DNA of 64,000 nt from Nitrosopumilus sp. (lineage in GTDB: Bacteria; Desulfobacterota; Binatia; UBA1149; SPBQ01): the NCBI GenBank assembly GCA_964225545.1, contig CAXQPB010000119.1, positions 997 to 64,996 on the forward strand, in the 5' to 3' direction. The translations under genes were made by a program, and so were the position numbers. Positions 11,845-21,711 of the stretch are shown piece after piece. The stretch's first letter is position 1, and every line of letters begins with the position of its first letter. The notes under the pieces are model-generated. The model had not been told where the DNA came from. It did no database searches and saw nothing but the letters and a program-made list of their open reading frames with translations.

Positions 11845-12929
11845 TGGCTGGGAGACGCCGGATCGAATCGGCGTCGCGCCGGCGCGAGACGCTGGCTGCG
11901 ATCGAACGACTCTCAGGTCTCCTCGAGGGAGGGATCAGCGCATCCGATGCGCTGTCCGCAGCGGCGTCATGTCAGGGGCCCGGCGCGAGGCTGCTGCACG
12001 GGGTCTCGCTTCGCGTCTCGAAAGGAATGTCGCTGTCCCGCGCGCTCGAACACTCCGGCGGTCATCTCGACGCCACCGACATCGCGCTCGTACGCGCCGG
12101 CGAACACAGCGGCGACCTGCCGCGTTCCCTCGAGCTGCTCACACGGCGCCTCGCTCGCAAGCACGGGTCCCGGCGGGGCCTGCTTCGACTTCTCGCCTAT
12201 CCGTCGATTGTGATCAGCTCCGCTCTGCTTGTTGTCGCAGGCACATCGACGTTCATCCTGCCGACCTTCGCGGCGCTGTACTCGAACGGCTCCACGCAGC
12301 TGCCCACGCTCACCCGCGTCGTGCTCGCCGCAGGCTCGGGTGCTGTCGAGGCCGCAGCCGGAACCTGCGTGACCGTGTTCGCGCTCGCGGCGATCCTTAC
12401 GGTGGCCCGAACCGGCAGCCCCTCGATCGCACGCAGCCTGGATCGACTGCGCCTGCGGCTCCCGATCACGGGGCGGCTCGAGCTGCTGGTCCAGCGCGAG
12501 GCCCTGTACGAGACGCTGGCCCTGCTGACAAGCGCGGGCATCGCCGTCGATCAGGCTCTCGCGCTGGCGCGCGACTCGGTTTCCAACCGCGCGATCGCCG
12601 CCGGCGTCGCGGGCGTACGAGCGCGGGTGCAGGGCGGGATGCGGCTGTCCGAAGCAATCGGCCGGGATCGACCTGCCCGCTGCATCTTCGCCGACCCGCT
12701 CGACGGCGCGATGCTCCGGGCCGCCGAGTTCACCGGCAACTATCCCAGAGCGTTCTCCCGGCTCGCGGCAGACGCTGCCGGCGAACATTCGCACCGCGCG
12801 GCGCTGCTGTCCTCGATTGTTGAACCGCTGACGACACTGTTCGTCGCGTTACTCGTCGGCACGACGGTCCTGGCGTTGTATCAACCGATACTCGGAGCCT
12901 CTTCTCTTCTGCTGGGGCACGACCGGTGA
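11844..12929 (+). CDS. GspF/PilC/ComGB-family inner-membrane platform protein
   Basis: LVRAGEHSGDL, LAYP, ILPTFAALY..QLPTLTR, IVEP..LYQPI; start overlaps the ATPase stop. Confidence 0.88.
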   Translation: MAGRRRIESASRRRETLAAIERLSGLLEGGISASDALSAAASCQGPGARLLHGVSLRVSKGMSLSRALEHSGGHLDATDIALVRAGEHSGDLPRSLELLTRRLARKHGSRRGLLRLLAYPSIVISSALLVVAGTSTFILPTFAALYSNGSTQLPTLTRVVLAAGSGAVEAAAGTCVTVFALAAILTVARTGSPSIARSLDRLRLRLPITGRLELLVQREALYETLALLTSAGIAVDQALALARDSVSNRAIAAGVAGVRARVQGGMRLSEAIGRDRPARCIFADPLDGAMLRAAEFTGNYPRAFSRLAADAAGEHSHRAALLSSIVEPLTTLFVALLVGTTVLALYQPILGASSLLLGHDR

Positions 12930-13303
12930 AGCAGCGATTCCGCGCCGCCTGCGCCTTCACGCTTTTCGAACTGCTGGTGGTCATCGCCATTATCGGAGTT
13001 CTGGCAGCCGTCGCCGTTCCGCGTTTCGCCGACTTTCGCGCGGCCGCCTACGACTCACGCAGTCAGCAGGATCTTCGCAATCTGGCGGCCGCACAGGAGC
13101 TTCATCGCGCCTCGGCTGAAGCGTACGCCACGAATCCCGGAGAGCTCACGGGCTTCGTCCCCTCGGACGGTGTGGAGATCGTCATCGAACACGCCGACAG
13201 GACCGCGTTCCGTGCTCGCGCCGAGCATGAAGCAGGTCGCCGGGTCTATTCATGGGACAGCGCCGCGCGCCCTCCGCTGACCGCATCGCAGCGCCCGCGA
13301 TAG
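12926..13303 (+). CDS. Type IV (pseudo)pilin, probable major subunit
   Basis: Class III signal A|FTLFELLVVIAIIGVLAAVAVP; GTGA overlap with the upstream gene. Confidence 0.9.
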   Translation: MKQRFRAACAFTLFELLVVIAIIGVLAAVAVPRFADFRAAAYDSRSQQDLRNLAAAQELHRASAEAYATNPGELTGFVPSDGVEIVIEHADRTAFRARAEHEAGRRVYSWDSAARPPLTASQRPR

Positions 13304-13362
13304 CGACTTCGGGTTGCCCCCGGCGGTGCCAGCCCGCACAATCTTCAGGCGGGGTTGCCGTC

Positions 13363-14130
13363 GTGGAACAGGGGCTTGTCATTCTCTTCGGACTGCTGAT
13401 CGGCAGTTTTCTCAACGTCTGCATCGCACGGGTGCCGCAGGGCGAATCGATCGTCACCCCCCCCTCTCACTGCCCGCAGTGCCTCGGCGGAATCGCCTGG
13501 TACGACAACATCCCGGTCATCAGCTACATGCTCCTGCTCGGACGCTGCAGGAGCTGTCGAACCCGGATCTCCCCTCGATACCCTCTGGTCGAGATCCTGA
13601 CGGCCGCGGCGCTGCTCGCGGTCTTCACGCTGAACCTGACGCCCCGGGAGTTTGCTGTGTACGGCGCATTCACCTGCGCGCTCATTGTGATCACCTTCAT
13701 CGACATCGATCACAAGATCATCCCGGATGTCATCACTCTGCCTTCCATTCTCGTCGCACCGGCGGCTGCGTTTCTCATCGGGCACGTTTCCATGCTCGAT
13801 TCGCTGGTCGGCATCGCGATCGGCGGCGGCGGGCTGTGGGCGATCGCAGCGGGCTATGAGTATCTGCGCAATCAGGAGGGTATGGGCTTCGGCGATGTGA
13901 AGTTTCTCGCGATGGTCGGTGGCTATCAGGGATGGGAAGGCGCCGTTTTCACCCTCATCGTCGGATCGTTGATCGGCACCGTGGCTGGAGTCGGTTTGAT
14001 GGTCGCTCGTCGTGGGCGTCTCGATATGGAGATTCCGTTCGGCCCCTTCCTCGCCGCCGGCTCGTTTCTTTACCTGCTTGGCGGCCCGAAGCTCATCGCC
14101 TGGTATCTGGCGCTGCCGTCGAGTTTCTGA
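13363..14130 (+). CDS. pilD: Prepilin peptidase/N-methyltransferase
   Basis: GSFLNVCIARVP, SHCPQC...GRCRSC, FIDIDH..IPD, GMGFGDVKF, IPFGPFL. Confidence 0.96.
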   Translation: MEQGLVILFGLLIGSFLNVCIARVPQGESIVTPPSHCPQCLGGIAWYDNIPVISYMLLLGRCRSCRTRISPRYPLVEILTAAALLAVFTLNLTPREFAVYGAFTCALIVITFIDIDHKIIPDVITLPSILVAPAAAFLIGHVSMLDSLVGIAIGGGGLWAIAAGYEYLRNQEGMGFGDVKFLAMVGGYQGWEGAVFTLIVGSLIGTVAGVGLMVARRGRLDMEIPFGPFLAAGSFLYLLGGPKLIAWYLALPSSF

Positions 14131-14190
14131 GCGGCTCCGCCGGGTCAGCGGCCGGAACTTCCCGGTCGGGCCGTGCGTGTTCGACCGCGG

Positions 14191-15252
14191 TCAGAGCCAC
14201 GCGTCGAACTCCGCGGCCTGCGCCCGCAGCGCTGTCGGTGAGCCGAGCATCTGACGATCGTATCCCGCGCGTTTGAACCAGAGCTGCACGTCGCACTCGT
14301 CCGTGAAGCCCATGCCGCCGAACACCTGAACGCAGGTCGTGGTCACCGTCGTGGCGACCTCGGTGGCGTGGGCCTTGAGCAGGGACGCAACCGCCGAGGA
14401 GTCCTCGCGTCGTTCGTCCCACACGAACGCTGCATACCATAACAGCGAGCGTACCGGCTCGAGCTCCGCTACGGCTTCGGCGCACATGTGCTTGACCGCC
14501 TGGAACGAACCGATGACTCGGCCGAACTGTTTGCGATCGAGGGAATATGCAACGGCCTCATCAAGAGCGCGCTGGGCAGAGCCGACGGCGTCCGCGGCGA
14601 GGGCGATCCGGCCGGCATCGATCAGACGCTCCGTGTCCGCGACCGCGAGGCTCGCGAGCGGCTCGGCCTCGACGTCTTCAAAGCTCAGCTCACCGACCCG
14701 GCGGGTCTCGTCGACCGTCACAAGCGGCTCCCGAGAGAGTCCCGCGCGATCCGACTCGACAAGATGCAGCGTCGAACCCGCGTCGCCGGCGGCAAGGACC
14801 ACGAACGCATCGGCCTCCATCGCATCGGGAACGAAGCGAGCGGACCCGGCGAGCCTGCCGTCAACCAGGTCCACTCCCGCGTGGACGCAGGAGAGTATCT
14901 GCTCTCCGGCCGCGATCGCTTTGAGCGCATCCTCGGCCCGGCTGTCTGCCGCGTGGCGCAGCGCGAGCGGTGCCATCACGCACGAACTGTGAAACGACAG
15001 CGGGTTGGCGGCCCGTCCGAGTTCTTCTGCTGCCACCACCGCGTCGAGGAGGCCGAGCTCGCTGCCACCCTGCGCGCCGGGAATCAGAATTCCGGGCACG
15101 CCCTGCTCGCCAAGCTTGCGCAACAGCTCGGTGCTCTGCGATCGCTCGGCGGCGATCAGCTGGCGGACGCTGTCGACCGGGAACTGTTCGTCGAGAAATC
15201 CGCGCAACGCATCCCGGAAGAGCGTCTGTTCCTCTGAGAGTCCGAAATCCAT
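14191..15252 (-). CDS. Acyl-CoA dehydrogenase family protein (shorter partner)
   Basis: MDFGLSEEQ, RKQFGRVIGSFQAVKH, QVFGGMGFT. Confidence 0.92.
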   Translation of the reverse strand: MDFGLSEEQTLFRDALRGFLDEQFPVDSVRQLIAAERSQSTELLRKLGEQGVPGILIPGAQGGSELGLLDAVVAAEELGRAANPLSFHSSCVMAPLALRHAADSRAEDALKAIAAGEQILSCVHAGVDLVDGRLAGSARFVPDAMEADAFVVLAAGDAGSTLHLVESDRAGLSREPLVTVDETRRVGELSFEDVEAEPLASLAVADTERLIDAGRIALAADAVGSAQRALDEAVAYSLDRKQFGRVIGSFQAVKHMCAEAVAELEPVRSLLWYAAFVWDERREDSSAVASLLKAHATEVATTVTTTCVQVFGGMGFTDECDVQLWFKRAGYDRQMLGSPTALRAQAAEFDAWL

Positions 15253-15263
15253 CCCGTTCCTCC

Positions 15264-16451
15264 TCAGTCCCGGCTCGGCGCCGGTTTCGGCTCTCGCGGC
15301 ATCCCGAGACCACGCTCGGAGATGATGTTCTTCTGGATCTGCGCCGTCCCTCCACCGATGATGAGGCCGAGCGTGAACATATACTGGTTCTGCCAGTTGC
15401 CCTCCTCACGAACGTATTTCGAGCCCCTTTTCAGAACGCCGTACTCGCCGAGTGCGTCGATCGCCAGCGCGGCGACCTCGTGGTTGAGCTGACACCCGTT
15501 GAGCTTCGTGATCAGCCCTGCCGCCCCCGAGCTACGACTCTTGAGCCTGTCGGTGAGCATTCTGAGGCCGTGGTATTTCATCGACAGAACCCGACCCCGC
15601 AACCGCATGAGCCTGTCGCGATAGATCGGCTCGGCGAGCGCGCCGGTGTCCCGCAGCACCGCCTCGCAGCGACGCAGCATGTTCTCGGTCTGGCGGCTGC
15701 CGCCGAGCATGTTGCGCTCGTGGAACAGCGTCGTGGTGCCGATCTCCCAGCCCTGGCCGCGCTTCCCGATCAGATTCCCGCGCGGCGTTCTCACGTCTTC
15801 GAAGAACACTTCGTTGAAAGAGCTGGTCCCGAGCATCGTCTTGAGTGGTCGCACCTCGAGACCCGGGCTCTTCATATCCACGCAGAGGTAGCTGATTCCC
15901 GCGTGCCGCGGTGCATCCGCCTCGGTGCGCACCAACGCGAACATCATATCGGCCTCGCCCGCGCTGCTCGTCCAGATCTTCTGTCCGTTGATGACGAACT
16001 GGTCTCCATCCAGCACAGCGCTCGTGCGTAAACTGGCAAGGTCACTGCCCGCATCCGGCTCGCTGTATCCCTGACACCAGATGAGTTCGCCGCGGATCGT
16101 CGGTTCGATCCAGCGCTTCTTCTGCTCTTCGTCGCCGTAGGTGAGCAGGGTGGGCACGAACATGCTGATGCCCTGATTCTCCATGCCCTGCGAGATTCCG
16201 GCGCGAGCGAATTCTTCACCGATGATGATGGTCTCGAGCAGATCCGGGTCCGCGCCGAATCCGCCGTACTCTCGCGGGACGGTTCGCGCCGCATAGCCGT
16301 GGTCGATCAGCGTCTTCTGCCACTGCCGGATCTCGGGACGATCTTCGGCGGCGCTGATCGACGCTGCCGGCGCCCGGTCGGCGTGTGACTCCAGGAACGC
16401 CCGCACGCGGGCGCGAAACTCGTCGTATTCAGGTCCGTAGCTCAGATCCAC
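15264..16451 (-). CDS. Acyl-CoA dehydrogenase family protein
   Basis: WCQGYSEPDAGSDLASL, INGQKIWTS, FNEVFF, IGGGTAQIQKNII. Confidence 0.94.
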   Translation of the reverse strand: MDLSYGPEYDEFRARVRAFLESHADRAPAASISAAEDRPEIRQWQKTLIDHGYAARTVPREYGGFGADPDLLETIIIGEEFARAGISQGMENQGISMFVPTLLTYGDEEQKKRWIEPTIRGELIWCQGYSEPDAGSDLASLRTSAVLDGDQFVINGQKIWTSSAGEADMMFALVRTEADAPRHAGISYLCVDMKSPGLEVRPLKTMLGTSSFNEVFFEDVRTPRGNLIGKRGQGWEIGTTTLFHERNMLGGSRQTENMLRRCEAVLRDTGALAEPIYRDRLMRLRGRVLSMKYHGLRMLTDRLKSRSSGAAGLITKLNGCQLNHEVAALAIDALGEYGVLKRGSKYVREEGNWQNQYMFTLGLIIGGGTAQIQKNIISERGLGMPREPKPAPSRD

Positions 16452-16603
16452 GTTGATCGCTCTTAACCGCCGACACGCTGTGAGTCTAACCGCCTCCCCG
16501 GGGCCTGCAGGGTGAGCTCAGCCGCACGGCGGGAACAGGATGCGCGCCGGTCGATTACATCCCGGGCGTTGAAAGAGACCGCTCGCGCGAGCGAGCCTTT
16601 CGC

Positions 16604-17077
16604 ATGTCGCGGCAGAAGGAGCGTTGCATAACGGCTGGCGCCGACGAGGGACTGGAATCCGGCCATACGCTTTTCGAGTTGATCGTCGCGCTCGCGCTGT
16701 CCGGAATCATCGCCGCCTCGGCAGTCGAGGCGGCGCGCGGATTGAAGCACGAGCTCGACCTGGCAGCCGGGCGCATGGTGGTGTTTCGCGCGGCGGCGCT
16801 GACACGCAGGCTGGCACGGACGCGATCCGAGGCGTTCGTGATGACGACAGAAACCGGCTCTGGAATGTTTTCGGTGCTCCCACAGAACCGTTCCGCGGAT
16901 GGCAACACGCACAGACTCGAGCTGCCCTCCGGTGTGATCGTATCGCGAGCCACCGCGGGCGGGCAGATCCGATTTCGAGCCGACGGCAGCGCGGACAACG
17001 CCACGATCACTCTGACATCGACCAACTCCGCTGCATCACGCACCGTCATCATCAACCAACGAGGGATGATCCATTGA
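16604..17077 (+). CDS. Minor pseudopilin, GspH/FimT/ComGD-like
   Basis: G|HTLFELIVALAL; C-terminal IRFRADGSADNATITL...VIINQRG is typical of GspH/FimT; start uncertain. Confidence 0.8.
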   Translation: MSRQKERCITAGADEGLESGHTLFELIVALALSGIIAASAVEAARGLKHELDLAAGRMVVFRAAALTRRLARTRSEAFVMTTETGSGMFSVLPQNRSADGNTHRLELPSGVIVSRATAGGQIRFRADGSADNATITLTSTNSAASRTVIINQRGMIH

Positions 17078-17451
17078 ACGAGTCGGGTGTGTCGCTGATC
17101 GAAGCCGTTGCAGGCGTCGCGCTCGCCTCCGCGATCGCGGCCACAACGGTCGAGGTCCAGCGCACGTCACTGCAGATCATGCGCCTTGCAGAAGCGCGGC
17201 GAAGCGCGGTGGCCACCGCGAACAATCTGCTCACGGCCGCGATCGACGCGCCCTGCTCGCCACCGCACAGAGTCGCCCTCTGCCCGGCCCACCTCGAGTG
17301 CGACGTCAGCGCGCGTCCGCTCGCCTCCGGCCGCACCGGCGGCAGCACACCGGATCTGATTGTCGTTCGCGTGGAGGTCGGTCCGGTGGACAGCGGCTTC
17401 CCCGCTGTCAGGCTCGCGGGCGTACGGTCTGCGACAGCAGGCTGCGACTGA
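17074..17451 (+). CDS. Minor pseudopilin, GspI/PilV-like
   Basis: TTG start overlapping the upstream stop; MNESG|VSLIEAVAGVAL. Confidence 0.72.
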   Translation: MNESGVSLIEAVAGVALASAIAATTVEVQRTSLQIMRLAEARRSAVATANNLLTAAIDAPCSPPHRVALCPAHLECDVSARPLASGRTGGSTPDLIVVRVEVGPVDSGFPAVRLAGVRSATAGCD

Positions 17452-17463
17452 GCGATTGCCGCG

Positions 17464-17991
17464 ATGACGCTTGTCGAGTCGATCGCAGCAGCATTTGTTC
17501 ACACATGCGCCCTGGCGCTGCTCTCGTCGACGCTTGTCCTGTCGGCTTCCAGCGCCGGCGAACGGCAGCGCGTGATCGGACGCGCTGCAACCGAACTCCA
17601 GGTCGAATCCCTGCTGCGAGCATGGACCGAGCACACCAGCACGATATGGATTTCTCGCGCGTCACCCCGAGTGCTGCAGATGAGATCCGATCTCGATGGC
17701 GACGGGCGGATCGATGAGCGCAGCACGGAGCAGCTCACGCTGACACTCGAACCCGCAGCGCCTGCGGCCGGCGAATCCCTGGCCGCAGGCAGCCGGCAGC
17801 TCCTGGCCCTGCGACATCGCATCGGACGGCAAACCTACACAGTCGCACGCGGACTGCCTGCCGGATCGTCCTTCCGCTACATCGACCTTCACGGTCGCAC
17901 GGCTTCTCGACCGGATTCATCGGTGATTGTCGGTGTTCCGCTGGCAACCGGACCTGTGCTGCTGGGAGTGGGCAAGCGACATGAGCCATAG
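17464..17991 (+). CDS. Minor pseudopilin, GspJ/PilW-like
   Basis: MTLVESIAAA hydrophobic helix with E5; internal DLDGDGRID loop; position in the pilin cluster. Confidence 0.68.
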   Translation: MTLVESIAAAFVHTCALALLSSTLVLSASSAGERQRVIGRAATELQVESLLRAWTEHTSTIWISRASPRVLQMRSDLDGDGRIDERSTEQLTLTLEPAAPAAGESLAAGSRQLLALRHRIGRQTYTVARGLPAGSSFRYIDLHGRTASRPDSSVIVGVPLATGPVLLGVGKRHEP

Positions 17992-18373
17992 AGGGAGCAC
18001 GCTGCTGCCGACACTGCTGGTCACGGCAGGACTGTCGGCTCTGACCACGACCGCCATACTGGCAGTTCACGAGCAGGCCGCCGAGCTTCGCTCTCATCGT
18101 GAGATCTCATGCGCACGCGGCGCCGCGCGATCGATCGCTGCGCTCTGGCCGGGGGCGCTCGACCGCCTGGCGACAGTCGCACCGCAGGCCGAAGACGCGG
18201 CGTGGAGAATCGAGCGGGCTACGGCAATGCGCGAAAACCCCGCAACATCGGCAATCCTCGGGTCGCCTGAAAGCGCCTGCATTCTGGTGACGCGCGCACG
18301 CTGCGGTGAGGCCCGCAGAGAGCACCGCCACCGACTCGTCGACCCGACTGTATGTGACCGAGGATTCCCATAA
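17981..18373 (+). CDS. Minor pseudopilin, GspK/PilX-like
   Basis: MSHRG|STLLPTLLVTAGL, lacking E5 as GspK/PilX do; last gene of the cluster. Confidence 0.6.
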   Translation: MSHRGSTLLPTLLVTAGLSALTTTAILAVHEQAAELRSHREISCARGAARSIAALWPGALDRLATVAPQAEDAAWRIERATAMRENPATSAILGSPESACILVTRARCGEARREHRHRLVDPTVCDRGFP

Positions 18374-18437
18374 TTCCGAGCCGCAGGGGTCCGGCTCGCG
18401 TTTGCCAAATCCCACGCCACTGCACACTATCCCGCCG

Positions 18438-19094
18438 ATGTCGGCGTTCATCACCTTTGAAGGCATTGAGGGCTGCGGAAAAACGACGCAGGCCCGACTG
18501 CTCGCGGATCGTCTGCGCGAGGCGGGCCTCGAGGTGGTTGTCACCCGCGAGCCGGGCGGAACCAAAGTGACCGAGCAGATCCGCGCGCTGCTCGCTGATC
18601 CGGACTCCCAGCTCGACCGCCACGCCGAGCTTCTGCTTTTCCTGGCCGACCGTGCGCAACACGTCGCCAGCGTGATCCGCCCGGGCGTCGCAGCCGGGTC
18701 GGTGGTCATCAGCGATCGATACAGTGACTCGACGATGGCCTACCAGGGCTACGGCCGCGGTCACGATCTCGACCGGCTTCGCGAGCTGAACGCGTGGGCC
18801 TGCCTGGAGACCGTCCCCGATCTGACGCTGTGGATCGACTGCGATGTCGAGACCGGAGTTCGCCGGGCCGCGAAGGAGACCGGCGGGCCGGGAGACCGAT
18901 TCGAGTCGGAGCCGCTCGACTTCCATCGGCGAATCCGTGACGGGTTCGTCACGCTGCACCAGCAGGCAGCGGGCAGGATCGTACGCATCGAGGGCAACGC
19001 CGGCGTCGAGCAGATCGCGTCCGACGTCTGGGAAGTCGTGAGCGCCCGCCTCGCTCTCGCGAGCCGCGAGAGCGCCGCAGCGGCAACGGACTGA
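18438..19094 (+). CDS. tmk: Thymidylate kinase
   Basis: FITFEGIEGCGKTTQ, TREPGGT, LLFLADRAQH, DRYSDSTMAYQG. Confidence 0.97.
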   Translation: MSAFITFEGIEGCGKTTQARLLADRLREAGLEVVVTREPGGTKVTEQIRALLADPDSQLDRHAELLLFLADRAQHVASVIRPGVAAGSVVISDRYSDSTMAYQGYGRGHDLDRLRELNAWACLETVPDLTLWIDCDVETGVRRAAKETGGPGDRFESEPLDFHRRIRDGFVTLHQQAAGRIVRIEGNAGVEQIASDVWEVVSARLALASRESAAAATD

Positions 19095-19100
19095 CAGGCG

Positions 19101-20141
19101 ATGAGCGACGCCGACGCCCGCCAGGAGATTTCGCGCCCACTCGGCCACGTCGCGGTCGTAGACCGACTCGGTCGGCTCGCCGAAGCCGGGACCCGGAGCT
19201 CCAGAACCGATCGCACGCACGGCATTCCTCACGCTCTGCTGTTCGACGGGCCGGAGGGTGTCGGCAAGTTCAGGACCGCCCTGTGGTGGGCGTCGCGGAT
19301 CAAGTGCGAGCTGCAGGGCGACGGCGCGTCGGCATCGCAGGACCGCATCTGTCGCTGCGCCTCCTGCCAGCAGGTCGCCGTCGGCACTCACCCCGACGTG
19401 CTGGTGCTGGCGCCCCAGGCCGGAGAAAAGATCCTCAAGATCGAGTTGATCCGCAGTACGCTCATTCCGACATTGTCCCTGCGACCCGTACGACCCGGAC
19501 CTCGAGTCGCGATTGTCCGAGGGGCCGAGTTGCTCAATGTCGCCGCCCAGAACGCGATGCTCAAGGTTCTCGAAGAACCGCCGGGCAACGCCGTGATCAT
19601 CCTCGTCACCGGCAGCCGGTCGGCTTTGCTGCCGACGATCCGGTCACGGTGTCAGACGGTTCGATTCGGCCCGCTCGATCGCGAATCTCTCGAGGCGATC
19701 CTGACAGCGCGAGGATTCACTCCCGACAACGCGCGCTCCGCAGCCGCGATCGCTCGCGGAAGCGCGGGCAAGGCGCTCGAGTGTGACGAGGAGACTCTGG
19801 CCGATCGCGTCGATCTTATCCTCGCCTTCGAGGGCTTCCGCTCCGGCACGGGACCGACGATGGAGGAGTTGGTCGCCGACCTCGTCGACCGACGCAAGAC
19901 CGAGCGAGCCGAGCTTCCCGTGCTGCTCGAGTGGCAGCTGCGCAAGATCGAGACCGCATACGGCTGTCACGCCGGGGTCGAATCGGATAGGTTGGCGGCG
20001 CTGATGGAACAGGCCGTACGCGAGCAGCCCGAACGACTGATCAACGACGCCGCGCGCACCCGAACCGCCATCCGCCACCTCGAGCGCAACGCGAACCGCA
20101 AGCTCGCACTGCGCGACATGCTGCTGGATATCAGAGCCTGA
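19101..20141 (+). CDS. holB: DNA polymerase III delta' subunit
   Basis: HALLFDGPEGVGK, CASC..HPD, AQNAMLKVLEEPP, LLPTIRSRCQ; follows tmk. Confidence 0.93.
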   Translation: MSDADARQEISRPLGHVAVVDRLGRLAEAGTRSSRTDRTHGIPHALLFDGPEGVGKFRTALWWASRIKCELQGDGASASQDRICRCASCQQVAVGTHPDVLVLAPQAGEKILKIELIRSTLIPTLSLRPVRPGPRVAIVRGAELLNVAAQNAMLKVLEEPPGNAVIILVTGSRSALLPTIRSRCQTVRFGPLDRESLEAILTARGFTPDNARSAAAIARGSAGKALECDEETLADRVDLILAFEGFRSGTGPTMEELVADLVDRRKTERAELPVLLEWQLRKIETAYGCHAGVESDRLAALMEQAVREQPERLINDAARTRTAIRHLERNANRKLALRDMLLDIRA

Positions 20142-21688
20142 TGAGCCAACCGAAAGAGCGAGTCTATCTCACTACACCGCTTTACTACGTGAACGCGGAA
20201 CCGCACCTCGGCCATACGTACACGACCGTGCTCGTGGACACGCTCGCGCGCCACCATCGGTCCGTCGGCAACGAGGTCTTTTTCCTTACCGGTACCGACG
20301 AGCACGGCGACAAAATCGCTGAAGCGGCTGCGGCGGACGGCTGCGAACCGCATGAGTACGCGAGCCGTGTGTCCGCGATCTTCCGAGAGACGTGGGACGC
20401 CTGCGACATCACCTACGATCATTTCATCCGTACGACCGACGAGCATCACGTCGAGTTCGTGCGCTCCGTGCTCCAGCGCGTTTACGACGCCGGTGACATC
20501 TACTTCGGCGAGTACGGCGGGAAATACTGCACCGGCTGCGAACGATTTTACGCGGACCGCGAGCTCGTCGACGGCAAGTGCCCGGACCATGAAACCGAGC
20601 CGGTCTGGATCAGCGAAGAGAATTACTTCTTCCGGATGAGCAAGTACCAGGACAAGTTGCTCGCCCATCTCGACGAACACCCCGAGCTGGTGCGACCGGC
20701 AGGCTATCGAAACGAGCTGCTCGGGCTGCTGCGCGAACCGATCGAGGATCTTTGCATCTCCCGTCCCAAGAGCCGGCTGAAGTGGGGAATCGAGCTGCCG
20801 TTCGACGATCAGTATGTCACGTACGTCTGGTTCGACGCTCTCCTTAATTACCTGAGCGGGCTGGAGCTCGAGAAAGGCGATGACGCTCCCGAGTTCTGGC
20901 AGACCACGCAGCACTTCATCGCGAAAGACATTCTCAAACCGCATGCCGTGTTCTGGCCGACGATGCTGATGGCTGCCAGCTATCCGATGTATGCCCACCT
21001 CAATGTTCACGGCTACTGGAACATGGGCGAGAGCAAGATGTCGAAGTCGCTCGGCAACGTCATCCGACCGCTCGAGATGAAAGAGCGCTTCGGGCTGGAC
21101 AGCTTCCGCTACTTCCTGCTGCGCGAAATGGTTTTCGGCATGGACTCCAGCTTTACCGAGGATGCGTTCGTGACGCGGTACAACGCGGACCTCAGCAACG
21201 GACTCGGCAATCTGGTGAGCCGGGTCCTGTCGATGCAGAATAAGTACTTCGACGGTGCGATTCAGTCGATTCCGGGAGAACTGCCGCCCGCTGAGCGCGC
21301 GCTGCGTGACCGCTTCTTCGAGATCGAGGACGCGGTGCGGACTCACACGGAGAAACTGGGTTTCCACACTGCGCTGGAGGAGCTTTGGTCGGGAATTGCA
21401 GCCTGCGACAAGTACATCGTCGAGCAGGCTCCGTTCAAACTCTGGAAAGACGAGACCCAGCGAGAGCGCGTCGGAGTCATTCTTCACGTTCTGTGCGACG
21501 CTCTTCGACACACGACCCGCCTGCTGGGCGCGTTCATGCCGGAGACTGCCGAGCGGATCCTGGAGTTGCTCGCGGTCGAGCGCAGCACACTGGCCGATGA
21601 GCCCGGCGAGTGGGGGCAGACGTTCCCCGCGGGACACTGCGTCGGTAAGCCGGAGCCGCTGTTTCCCCGGATCGAGATCGACGGCTGA
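20141..21688 (+). CDS. metG: Methionine--tRNA ligase, short form
   Basis: YLTTPLYYVNAEPHLGH, GTDEHG, YVWFDAL, KMSKS, C-terminal PLFPRIE. Confidence 0.97.
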   Translation: MSQPKERVYLTTPLYYVNAEPHLGHTYTTVLVDTLARHHRSVGNEVFFLTGTDEHGDKIAEAAAADGCEPHEYASRVSAIFRETWDACDITYDHFIRTTDEHHVEFVRSVLQRVYDAGDIYFGEYGGKYCTGCERFYADRELVDGKCPDHETEPVWISEENYFFRMSKYQDKLLAHLDEHPELVRPAGYRNELLGLLREPIEDLCISRPKSRLKWGIELPFDDQYVTYVWFDALLNYLSGLELEKGDDAPEFWQTTQHFIAKDILKPHAVFWPTMLMAASYPMYAHLNVHGYWNMGESKMSKSLGNVIRPLEMKERFGLDSFRYFLLREMVFGMDSSFTEDAFVTRYNADLSNGLGNLVSRVLSMQNKYFDGAIQSIPGELPPAERALRDRFFEIEDAVRTHTEKLGFHTALEELWSGIAACDKYIVEQAPFKLWKDETQRERVGVILHVLCDALRHTTRLLGAFMPETAERILELLAVERSTLADEPGEWGQTFPAGHCVGKPEPLFPRIEIDG

Positions 21689-21711
21689 GACCGCCCGGAG
21701 CCGGACCGCGA

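Noticed and set aside
19967-21637. 556-aa ORF antisense to metG
   Set aside because: Shadow ORF caused by scarcity of stop codons at high GC.
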